Shown piece after piece: positions 37,291 to 49,122 of a stretch of DNA of 64,000 bases; the first letter of the stretch is position 1; each line of letters starts with the position of its first letter. This DNA comes from Mobula hypostoma (lineage: Eukaryota), in the NCBI RefSeq assembly GCF_963921235.1, contig NC_086108.1, positions 64,234,001 through 64,298,000 on the forward strand. The letters are read 5' to 3'. Made by a program: the position numbers and the translations under genes. A model generated the notes under the pieces. It was not told the DNA's origin and ran no database searches. It saw only the letters and a list, made by a program, of their open reading frames with translations.

Positions 37291-40200
37291 CCATAAGACC
37301 ATAAGACACAGGAGCAGAATTAGGCCATTCAGCCCATTGAGTTTGCTCCACCATTCCATCATGGCTGATCCCAGATTCCACTCAGACCCGTACACCTGGC
37401 TTCTTGCCATGTCCTTTGATGCCCTGACCATTCAGAAAATGATCGACTTGACCTCCACCACAGTCTGTGGCAGAGCATTCCACAGATTTTCTACTCTCTG
37501 GCTAAAATAATTCCTCCTTACCTCTGTTCTAAAGAGTCACCCCCCAATTTTGAGGCTGTGCCCTCTAGTTCTGGATGCCCCCACCATAGGAAACATCCTC
37601 CCTACATCCACCCTATCTAGTCCTTTCAACTTTTGGCAGGTTTCAATGAGATTCTCCCAGCCCTCCACATTCTTCTAAATTCCTGTGAGTACAGGCCCAA
37701 AGCTGCCAAACGCTGCTCATATGTTAACCCCTCCATTCCCAGAATCATCCTTGTGAACCTCCTCTGGACTCGATCCAATGTGAACACATCCTTTCAGAGA
37801 TATGATGAACAAAACTGTTGACAATACTCTAAGAATGGCCTAACTGGTGTCTTATAAAGGCTCAGCATTACCTCGCTGCTTTTATACTGTATTCTAGTCC
37901 CCTTGAAATAAATGCCAACATTGCATTTGCCTTCTTTACTGCAGACTCAACCTGTAAATTAAGCTTCTGGCAGTCTTGCACAAGGACTCCTATGTCCCTC
38001 TGCACCTCTGATATTTCAAACTTCTCACCATTTAGATAATAGTCCAAACTATTTTTCTTTTTACCAAAATGCATTATCATACATTACCCAACACTGTATT
38101 CCATCTGCCACTTTTTTCCCATTCTTCCAATTTGTCTAAGTCCTGCTGCAATTGCTTTGCTTCCTCAGCACTACCTACCCATCCACTTAACTTCATATCA
38201 TCCACAAACTTTGCCACAAAGCCATCAATTCCATTATCTAAGTCATTGACAAACAATATGAAAAGCAACAATCGTAACACTGACCTCTGAGGAACACCAC
38301 TAGTCACCTGTAGCCAACTAGAAAAGGCTCCTTTTATTCCCACTCACTGCCTCCTGCCTGCTGGCCATTCTGCTACCCATGCCAATATCTTTCCTGTAAC
38401 ACCATAGGGTTTTATCTTGTTCAGCAGCCTCATGTATGGCACCTGATCAAATGCCTTCAGAAAATCCAAGTAAATGACATCCATTGCCTCTCCTTCGTCC
38501 ACCTTGCTTGTGAATTCCTTCAAGAACTCTAATAGATTTAGACTATAAGACCATAAGATATAGGAACAGAAGAAGGCCATTCAGGCCATCGAGTCTGCAC
38601 CGTCATTCAGTCATGGGCTGATCCAATTCTTCCAGTCATCCCCACTCCCCTGCCTTCATCCCATACCCTTTGATGCCCTGGCTAATCAAGAACCTGTCTA
38701 TCTCTGCCTTAAATACACCCAATGACTTGACCTCCACAGCCACTCGTGGCAACAAATTCCACATATCTACCACCATCTGACTAAAGTAATTTCTCCACAT
38801 CTCAGTTCTAAATGGATGTCCTTCAATCCTGAAGTCGTGCCCTTTTGTCCTAGAATCTCCTACCATGGGAAATAACTTTACCATATCTAATCTGTTCGGG
38901 CCTTTTATCATTTGGAATGTTTCTCATTCTCCTGAACTCCAGGGAGTACAGCCCAAGAGCTGGCAGATGTTCCTCGTACAGTAAGCCTTTTTATTCCTAG
39001 AATCATTGTCGTGAATCTTCTCTGAACCCTCTCCAATGTCAGTATATTCCTTCTAAAATAAGGAGCCCAAAACTGCACACAATACTCCAAGTATAGTCTC
39101 ACAATTGCCTTTTAGAGCCTCAACATCACATCCCTGCTCTTATATTCTATACCTCTAGAAATGAATGCCAACATTGCATTCGTCTTCTTCTCAACTGACT
39201 AAACTTGGAGGTTAACCTTTAGGGCATCTTGCACAAGGCCTCCTAAGTCCCTTTGAATCTCTGCATTTTGAATTCTCTCCCCATCTAAATAATAGTCTGC
39301 CTGTTTACTTCTTCCACCAAAGTGCATGACCATACACTTTCCAACATTGTATTTCATTTGCCACCACTTTGCCCATTCTCCTAAACTATCTAAGTCTCTC
39401 TGCAGGCTCTCTGTTTCCTCAACATTACCCGCTCCTCCACCTATCTTTGTATCATCAACAAACTTAGCCACAAATCCATTAATCCCATAGTCCACATCAT
39501 TGACATACATCATAAAGAACAGCAGTCCCAACACTGACCCCTGTGGAACTCCACTGGTAACTGGCAGCCAGCCAGAACAGGATTCCTTTATTCCCACTCT
39601 CTGTTTTCTGCCGACCAGCCAATGCTCCACCCATGCTAGTAACTTCCCTGTAATTCCATGGGCCCTTGTCTTGTTAAGTAGCCTCATGTGCGGCACCTTG
39701 TAAGAGCCTTCTGAAGATAGAAATACACCACATCTTCTGCATCTCCTTTGACTACCCTGCTTGTAATTTCCTCAAACAATTGTAGTAGATTTGTCAAGCA
39801 GGATTTTTCTTTCAGGAAACCATGCTGGCTTTGGCCTATCTTGTCATGTGCCTCCACGTAATCAGTAATCTCATCACTAACAATCAATTCCAACAATTTC
39901 CCAACCACTGATGTCAGGCCAACAGGAATATAGTTTCCTTTCTGCTGCCTCCCACCCTTCTTAAAGAGCAGAGTAACATTTGCAATTTTCCAGTCATCTA
40001 GTACAATGCCAGAGTCTAACGATTCTTGAAAGATCATCATTAATGCCTCCGCAATCTCTCCAGCTATTTCCTTCAGAACCCAAGGGTGCATTCCATCAGG
40101 TCCAGGAGATTTATCCACCCTCAGATCATTAAGTTTCCTGAGCACCTTCTCAGTCATAATTTTCACTGCACAAGTTTCACTTCCCTGACACTCTTGAATG

Positions 40201-42150
40201 TCCGGTATACTGCAGACATCTTCCACTGTGAAGACTGATGCAAAATACGCATTCAGTTCCTCTGCCATCTCTGCAACTCTCATTACAATATCTCCAGCAT
40301 CACTTTGTATTGGTCCTATATCTACCCTCGAACTCTCTTTTACCCTTTATATACTTAGAAAAGCTTTCAGTATTTTCTTTGATATTAGTCGCCAGCTTCC
40401 TTTCATAATTCATCTTTTCCTTCCTAATGACCTTCTTAGTTTCCTACTGTATGTTTTTAAAAGCTTCCTAATCCACTATCTTCCCACTAGCTCTGGCCTA
40501 TTTGTATGCCCTCTCTTTTGTTTTCACTTTGGCTCTGACTTCACTTTCTTCAATTTCTTCCTATTTGGAACATATCTGTCTTGCACTTCCCTCATTTATC
40601 ACAGAAACTCCAGCCATTGCTGCTCTGCTCTCCTTCTTGCAAATGTCCCTTTCCAGTCAACTTCGGCCAGTTCCCCTCTCATGCCATTGTAATTTCCCTT
40701 ACTGCACTGAAATACCAACACATTGGGTTTTATTTTTCCCTCTCAAATTTCAGATTGAGTTCAATCACATTGTGATCAACGTTCCCTAAGGTTTCCTTAA
40801 CCTTAAGCTCTCTTATCACCTCCAGATCATTACACAACACCCAATCCAGCACAGCCGATCCCCTTGTGGACTCAACAACAAGCTGTTCTAAAAAGCCATC
40901 CCTTAGACATTCTACAAATTCTTTTTCTTGAGTTTCATTCTGACCTAGTTTTCCCAATCCACTTTCATGTTAAAAGTGCCAATGATTATCATGACATTGT
41001 CTTTCTGACACGCCTTTTCTATCTCCTGCTGTAATTTGTAATCCACATCCACATTTGTCAGGCAAGATTTTCCTTCACAGAAACCATGCTGACTTTGATT
41101 TATTTTACCATTCGTCTCCAAGTACTTCAAAACTACGTCCTTAATAATAGCTTCCAACACTTTCCCAACCAATGAGGTTAGGCTATCTGGCCTATGATTT
41201 CCTTTCTTTTGCCTTCCTCCCTTCTTAAAGAATGGAGAGACATTTGCAATCTTCCAGTCTTCTGGGACCATGCTAGAGTTAAGTGATTTTTGAAAGATCA
41301 TGACAATGCATCTGTTATCTCTTCAACAACCTCTCTCAGGACTCTGGGATGTAGTCCATTTGGTCCAGGTGACTTATCCACCTTAAGACCTTTGAGTTTG
41401 CCTAGCACTTCTTCCTTTGTAATGGCAATGGTACTCACTCCTGCTCCCTGACACTCACAGACCACTGGCACACTGCCCCTGTCTTCTACAGTTACAACAG
41501 ATGCAAAGTACCCATTAACTTCATCTGCCATTTCTTTGTTCCCCATTACTATCTCACCACCATCATTTTCCAGTGGTCAAATAGCAACTCTCACCTCCCT
41601 TTTACTCTTATTAAAACTGAGAAAACTTTTGGTATCCTGCTTTATATTATTGGCTAGTCTACCCTCATATTTCATCTTTTCCCTTCTTACAACTTTTTTA
41701 GTTGTCTCTTGTTGAATTTTAAAAGCTTCCCAATCACCTAACTTCCCACTCACTTTTGTTACTTTATATGCCCTTTCCTTGGCTTTTATGCAGTCCTTAA
41801 CTTCCTTTGTCAGCCACAGTTGCCTATCTCTGCCATTTGAGAACTTCATCCTCTATAGTACATATCTATCCTGCACCTTGTGAACTATTCCCAGAAACTT
41901 CAGCCATCTCTGCTCTGCCGTCATCCCCGCTAGTATCTTCCTCTAATCCACCTGGGCAAGCTCCTCTCTCATGCCTTTGTGATTCTGCTTATTCCATTAT
42001 AATACAGATACATGTGAGATACGCTTCTCCCTCTCAAATATCAATATGAATTTAACCATATTATGATCACTGTCTCCTAAGGGTTCCTTTACATTAAGCT
42101 CCTTAATAAGATCTGGGTTATTACACAACACCCAATCTAAGATATCCTTT
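37291..42150 (-). mobile_element. Outer CR1 ORF2 copy, split by a nested CR1 at ~38543-41050
   Basis: VTSGVPQRSVL, AMDVIYLDFLKAFDQV to the left; QSQHGFCEGKSCLTN, VDKSPGPNGLHPRVL to the right; the sequence rejoins across the insert. Confidence 0.88.
38543..41050 (-). mobile_element. Inner CR1 ORF2 copy, same orientation
   Basis: Own tail TATAAGACCATAAGATATAGG at 38544; ORFs 39199-39696, 39684-40283, 40730-40957 (GFLEQLVVESTRGSAVLDWVL). Confidence 0.9.
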
Positions 42151-43529
42151 CCAGTGGGGTCAGAGGTGTGGAGTAAACGTGGGAATGGGGAGGGATCATG
42201 GAATTAGTTTCAAAGTATTTGGAAAAACTCAGAAACCCTAGAAAAGGTCTCTAGAAAGAAAACAGAGACGAACACTTCAAATCAAAGCTTTGGAGAGGAA
42301 TGAGTGAAGCAGAGCAGGTGAGACTGATAATGTGAATATGTATCAGAGTACTGGGGATACAGAAATCCTCCAGACATACGGAGTACAACAAATTAAAGGA
42401 GTATGCGGGGTTTTTCAAAAGTATCAAAAAGAGACAAATGAGCCAGCAAAAATGTCCATCAGTATGTAATTGATGTGGATTAGGGCACAAGTCATTGGAT
42501 CCAGTGTTGCACTGAAGGCACATGAAACACGATGCCATGAGAAGTTTTCAGAAGATTATGTCTGGATGACATTGCCAGATATATGTTATTCACTGTAACT
42601 ACATTTACTAATGTTTAACTTACCAGTTTTATATATTGTTAATACATTCATTTGTCACATTTACTTTTCTCATAAAAGAAAAAGTACCACAGTGTTTGCC
42701 TTTGTTGCTTCCTAAGGGTTGTAACTTCTATCAGAGAATATGGCACTGAAATAATGCCAAACTATGCATTCAGCTTCTGCTGAAAGTTGACAAACAAAAT
42801 AAATGGTTTTGTTTTACTTGATACTCCATATTCAAATATATTAAGGCGACTTTAGAGCAGTTCTGAACTCACAATGCATTACAGCTAATATTGACAAATG
42901 ATAACTACTAGAGTTCTCATAACAATAATTTGATTACTGTTAAGAGAAAGTAAGAAATTACACCAGTTATTTTCAGAGAATTCCAGTCATATATATCCAG
43001 AACCTCACAGCTCCCCAAAACATATTATTTCACTCCCTGAGATACTGGCCACTTCTGGGATTATGAACAGTTGCCTTTCTGAAATCACCTGTATTCTTGT
43101 CAATGATTCTGTCTTTCTGTGCTTTAAAATCATGTATTCAATGCTTCTCAATATAGATTCATACAAAATGTCATCAGCTAGGTACTGATAGATTGCAGCC
43201 ACTACATACCAGAAAAAGGAAATACAATGGAGGATACACAATACAATTATATTCATATAGCCACCAAAATTTATAGCACTGATGGAGCCATTTTATAATC
43301 CAATTTCCAATTTCAATGAACTGGATTTCCATTTTAGTTTGAAAGGAGTTGAACAATTTGAAAAATGTCATTGTCCTTGCCAGCAAACAATACAACCAAA
43401 GGCAATGTCCTTCAAACAGTTCACAAAATTACTTCTTTTACTTCCTTTTCTTCTTCTCCTTTCAAAATGATTCAGCTATTATGGGAGCCTGTGATCTACA
43501 GTTCAATAGTGTGTTTTCGGGCTGATTAG

Positions 43530-43736
43530 GTGATGTGGCACTTTGCTGTCTCTGAGGGTGCTCGGTGAGGTTTCGAGAGGAGTGCAGGCCAAGAAGCCTG
43601 GAGACGGGGCACAAGCCCATGACTGACCACTTTTCTCGCCGATCTTGCCAATTAAAGTGGCGAGGAAGATCGAAATTAACAAGGATGAGAGCAGAAGGTG
43701 AGCAGGTGTTTGGCCCCGCCTGCCTTGCAAGTATCT

Positions 43737-43782
<46 letters not shown>

Positions 43783-44320
43783 CCCCCCCCCCCACTTGCT
43801 GCTGCCAGAGAAGGTGCCTACTTGTGACCAGTCTCTATCACACTCTTGCTTGCTGCTCCCAGAGGAAGGTGTGTGCACTCAATTGTTCTCCTCCTCTCCC
43901 TCTTGCTCATTGATGCTGGAGGTTGGTGCCAGAGTCTAGGCAAAGTTTAATTGACACAGTTTGCGGATTGGACTCTGTAGTTCATGTTACGATGTGTTTC
44001 TGGTTTCATGTTGCTCCTTTTTTTGTTGCTATTTTGTGTGCTTTTGATCAGGGAGGGCTGGTTCTGCAGCCTGCAGTCACCGAATAACACAGCACTAGGT
44101 TGAGCTGAGCTGAGCTGAAACAGAACATTCCTGGACTGCTTTGTTGACTTTGTGATTTGATGTTTTATATTAAGAGCTTTTTGTTCTTTTTTTTGCCACT
44201 TGGGGTGGAGGGCGGGTTGATGTTTTCTTTGGATGGGTTTATTTCGTGGTTGTCTGTGGGAAGACAAATCTCAGGATTGTATACTGCTTCGATAATAAAT
44301 GTACTTTGAATCTTGAATCA
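43530..44320 (+). mobile_element. Non-coding repeat with internal (CT)n and a Rex1-like tail
   Basis: GC-richer block ending AATCTCAGGATTGTATACTGC...GATAATAAATGTACTTTGAATCTTGAATC. Confidence 0.55.
43739..43780. repeat. (CT)n microsatellite
   Basis: About 20 TC units with one interruption. Confidence 0.92.
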
Positions 44321-44934
44321 TTTTACTTTAAGGATCCCTTGATTGGTAAATCTAATGTAACATAGAATGCAATGGAACAGATAACCAGTTCCTGTGTTGT
44401 GATAATGGTGATATTGGGCAATTCCAATTGGTCTTAAGATTTGGTATGGAAAATTTGCTCCATATTCTGCTATCTATTAGTTTCTCCTGGAAGAATGCAC
44501 TTGTGGGCAGCAGATGAGATCAAGATTAGGTTCATCTGCTGTCACCACAACTAAGTCTCTTCTGATAATTGTTATCTGACTTATGCTGACAGAGATCCCT
44601 TTATTGTGAAAAAATTTACTCAGCTGTCTTCAATGTCTTCTGAAAAGACTGGAACACATTGGAGGAGGTTTTGTTGAGTTACACTTTCAACTGCTTGATT
44701 TACCTGCATAAGTACAAATGTGAAAGTGCTATTTATAAATGATTTGGGAGCTAATAGGTCCTACCAAATTCCCACCAAATGATAATTATACAAAGCAATA
44801 AAATTGTTCCTTTTGAAATGATCTAGCATTAATTGTTCATACTAAATGCCTTCTGTTGAGCCCTTTTTGAATACTTGCAGTATTACTACTTCCTAGGAGT
44901 TACTTTTCCTGCTTGTCATGTACTCAGGCAATCC

Positions 44935-45655
44935 AATAATTGGCATTGCTGCCCTCATCAATCATGGTATTGAGTACAACAGTAGGGACGTCATTTTAGA
45001 AAATGTACAAAATGTTGGTGAGACCACACGTTATTGTCTGGAGTTCTTGTGGCCTAATTATAAGAAGAATGTCATTAAGCTAGAAAGGATGCAGAAAAGT
45101 TTTGCAAGAGCAACAAAAAATCTGCTGGGGAAGCTCAGTGGATCAATCAGCATGTGCGGAGGGATAAGGAATTATCCATACTTCAAGCCAAAACCCTACA
45201 TCGGGGCAGATGCTGGTCAACCCACTGAGTTCCTCCAGAAGATTATTTGTTGCTCCAGATTCCAGCATCTACAGTCTCTTGTGTCTTAATAAGGATGTTT
45301 CCTTGACTAAGGGGCATGAGTTATAAGGAAAGCCTGTATTTGCTGGGGCTTTTGAGGGCTGACCTTATAGAGGTACAGTATATAAAATCATGAGGGGCAT
45401 ATATAAGATGAAAAGTTACAGTCTTTTGTTCCAGGCAGGGGAGTCTACACCTAGAAGGCATAGATTTATGGTGAGAGGAGAAAGCTTTAAAGAAGAATTG
45501 GAGGGGTATAATTTTCATACAGGAAGCAGTAAGTACTGTATATTAAACAGACTTATAGAGGAAGTAGTAGAAGAAATTTAGACATTAAGGAAAGGTAGGC
45601 AACTTGGTTGGCATGGATGAATTGGGCTGATGGACCCTCTATAACTTTACGACTC
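44935..45655 (+). mobile_element. Old CR1 3' fragment carrying a palindromic Penelope-like insert (45108-45285)
   Basis: LINHGIEYNSRDVIL, VIKLERMQKSF, HRFMVRGESFK; the insert has 46-bp imperfect inverted arms. Confidence 0.7.
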
Positions 45656-48600
45656 AGTGAATGAGAAAGAATTTGTCAGTGTTGGCCACCACTGTGGCTC
45701 TTCGTTGAATGTTTGAAAATTAACAATAGCCATCCTCAACTGATGTAAAGAAATCCATGTCAATGTTTTGGAATTTAAGATACTATTGATTAATAAAGGA
45801 AGAAGTTCCAGTATTAGAAAAACATCCTTCTTCTCTCTGCTTTATAGACCCACGGACACCAGCAGCACAGGCAATACTAAAGCTAAATGGTCAGTCTTCT
45901 TGCAACAACTTGGAAAATGAGCACATTGGTGGACTATTCCACAAAGTAGGACATCACAGAGAAACTACAATTTACACAGTGGGCACAACAGGCAACGGAT
46001 GATTACTGGGAGTGATTGCCTTTCTTTCTCTCAATTTATGACACTCAGATCCACTGTAACAGTTGTAGTGTGATGTCATCTGAGGTCTGGATCAGACCTA
46101 GGATCACATTGTGAATGATTTAGGAGCGTGTAATATGGTTGTAATTGCCATCACTTTAACTTACAAGGTATTTAAGCATGTAAAAAACTGTCAGTGCACT
46201 AATCAAAGTATTGTTTTATATTCCCACATTGCTTTTAAATATTCTATTAAATTTCCACTTATTATCCAAAATAACCTCAGAGTCTTGGTCAACAGTTTGC
46301 ATTTTTTTTAAATTTCCTACATGATAGGTGCCTGCAGGTTTATCAATTAGATCAATTTAATTCAAGGTTTTCTTGCTCACAGCTGAAGCTTTTTTTTGAC
46401 AAAAAAAATTCTGTTTTTCCAAGCACAATGTGACATTATGGAGGGAGGAGGGGTGGGGTGGGGAGGAGGATGAAATGAACAGAAGCATATCTTTGTTCTG
46501 CAATGAAATCCAGCTACAGAGAAACCATTGAACTTCCTGCAGACTGGAACCGAACACGCAGGATGAAGTATATAGTGGGTGCTCTGTTGCTTCTGCCTTT
46601 AGTGGCACTATAAGAACGACATCTTTGTGCCGAAGTGAAAATGATGCCGCTCAGCTTTCCCATGAGGTGACTTACAGCACCCCCACTGTTTAGAGAGATA
46701 ATTTCACTTGTAACGCTAATAACTTTAGTGGGGTGGCTGGCTGAGCCAGCGAGGACACTTCACTGCACATCTTGGCTCAGTCAGAAATCGGAAGCAGATG
46801 GTTCTTTCGGCTGGCTTCCCACTCAGGCCTGTTACTGCAAGCCTATGGTTGTTTGCTGGTTGCTGCTGGCAGTTTGTGACTTGAACAATGGTAGGACAGC
46901 AGTGAAAAATCAAATCTCTTAGCAGACCAGCACATTGTGATGAAATTTGACAGATCTGACATTCTATACCTGATGCATATTTAGATTATATTAACCTTTG
47001 CTTTCTTTCAGCTCTTTTTCCCCACAAGTTGTTAAAATCGCTCATTTTCACCTGTGACATTATATGCAATGTTTAAAGAGACAGTGATCAAATTCACTTG
47101 CAGGACAGTTCTCCAAGTGAAGATATCCCTATTTTTAATATGAAAAAGTTACAAATGAATTGAAGGCTGTTGTTTTTCTTTTATATCATTACAGTTCTCC
47201 ATCAGTAAAGCTGAAAATTAAGAATGAGAATATTTTCATTTCACACATTTGAAAGAGAAGCTGTTCACAAAAAGATTTTTTAGAAGCGTAATAGCAGTGT
47301 GGATCTTTGTCATAATGTTGGAGATAATGCAGTGATAATTTCTCATGTGTTAGACAAATCAACTATTTTATAATTAAAGGGTTAAAATATTTATTTATAG
47401 TTATTGACTTTAATCATTAGTATTTCTTACACCAATAGTGATGCTTGACAACTGACTTTACAATAATTCTATTGAAAATATGATAATTATTTTGAAAATT
47501 TTCACTGCAATGAGGATTATATTAAGAATTATACTTCATAAAAAAATCAGGTTTTCAATTCTTTACCTTCTCCAGCAGTATTTGTTTTCAGAATCAATTG
47601 TACAGATTTAGAGTATTTTTTCTTTCCAGAAAATGTGAAACAAAATTAGATTTTACCTTTATGAAGGTTTTGCTAACCTACAGAAGAAGAGTGTGTGAGT
47701 AGCAGTTTCATATTCATGCCAGAATGTTCAATTGCCAGCTGTCATACTCATAAATGCTGAACTTTCTCATTTCCTTAATAAACATTTTAATTTCTCATTC
47801 TCAAAAAGCATCATTTTCTCTGATTCCTAGTGTGTTACTTGAAAGAAGTAAAAGACATCAGCAATTATAACCATAAGGAATTGATTAGACTTTGGATAAC
47901 CTAAAGTGGATGTGCATGATTGATTCTCCTGTTTCAAAGACACCAAGATGATATTGATTTTGATTCAACATATTTTGCCAGTAAAGAAGGGGGAAAATAC
48001 TGTGGTTTTTTTTTTTTGTTTTGATTGTATTTCATTCAGCTCCAAGAAAATATTCTGCTTTCAATTCCCGAGCCTCTATGTTGTCTTAAAATTATTCCAT
48101 CTTTTTGTACTGTCAGTCTTCAAATTTCTCTAAGGGCAAGGAATTTGTAATTAGGGGAAAAGGGGGTTTGATTTTAATAAAACTTGAAGTAACGTAAGCC
48201 TGTAAGTGTTCCGGGTGACTTAACACAAGGATGCTGTTTATCATATGCCAATTATGTTTCTAATTGTTGATCACAATTATACATGAAAATATGTAAAGAC
48301 TGCATGGCAATTCAGCTTTGTGTTTGGAAAAGTTATGAAATATTTTTTTCAGAATTGTAATCATTACAGGTTAATGGATTTTTCATTGTTATTCGCTCTC
48401 TGGAGTAAATGATAGATCATTCCCGCTTTCTGGTGGATTTTGTTTTTTTATTTTGAAGATAGTACAATTACACTTTCATTAATATTGGACGCAATAAAAA
48501 GCTGACACAGGAATAAAAGGTAGAGGAAAAACAGTGTATTTTTCTTCGTGTTGAAGAAAGTTAGCTCTTTATGCATGCTTTGTAGAAACAGATACTGCAT

Positions 48601-48837
48601 CAGCCTCGAAGTCTGTAAAAACAAAACATTGCATGATACTCTAAACAGTTCCATCTGTCATGCAGAAATTTTCGGCTAATAGCCTATGGCATTCTCAGTC
48701 CATAGTCCACTACCTGTGTTTCTCGTATTAATTCCCCATGTTCACCAAAAGCTTGCAGGCTTGAATCATCTCAGTGTTGAAACCCTTATTTTTGCTGCCT
48801 CACTTTGATGTTGTGCAGTGAGTTCTTTTTTTCTAAG

Positions 48838-49026
48838 CGAAGACAGTACTGAACAGATTACTCTTCAGTTCCTGTTCACCTTGCCACTGGGTCTGTGAGA
48901 TTGGTTCATTGTCAAGGAGACTTTACCCATGATTCCATATGGTATGGATTGGGCTACAATGTTGCCCAACATGCCATTGCAAATGTTTTCTCAATTAGGT
49001 GTCTTATCTCCCGTGAGCTGCATCAG
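48838..49026 (+). other. Probable 5' UTR part of the NFI exon, containing uORFs
   Basis: Candidate acceptor TTCTTTTTTTCTAAG ending at 48837; in-frame stop at 48850; uORFs at 48929-49030 and 48939-48998. Confidence 0.5.
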
Positions 49027-49122
49027 ATGAAGGTTGTTGACAGCATAATGGCCGGGAAACCCTCCGACAGCTCCATCAAATGGCAGCTGTGCTATGACAT
49101 CTCAGCCAGGACATGGTGGATG
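49027..49122 (+). CDS. NFIA: Distal alternative first coding exon of a Nuclear Factor I gene (NFIA-type N-terminus)
   Basis: Encodes MKVVDSIMAGKPSDSSIKWQLCYDISARTWWM, matching from memory the mouse Nfia long N-terminus MKLADSVMAGKASDGSIKWQLCYDISARTWWM(DEFHPF); phase-0 donor GTGAGT at 49123. The DNA-binding exon was not found in this window. Confidence 0.87.
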
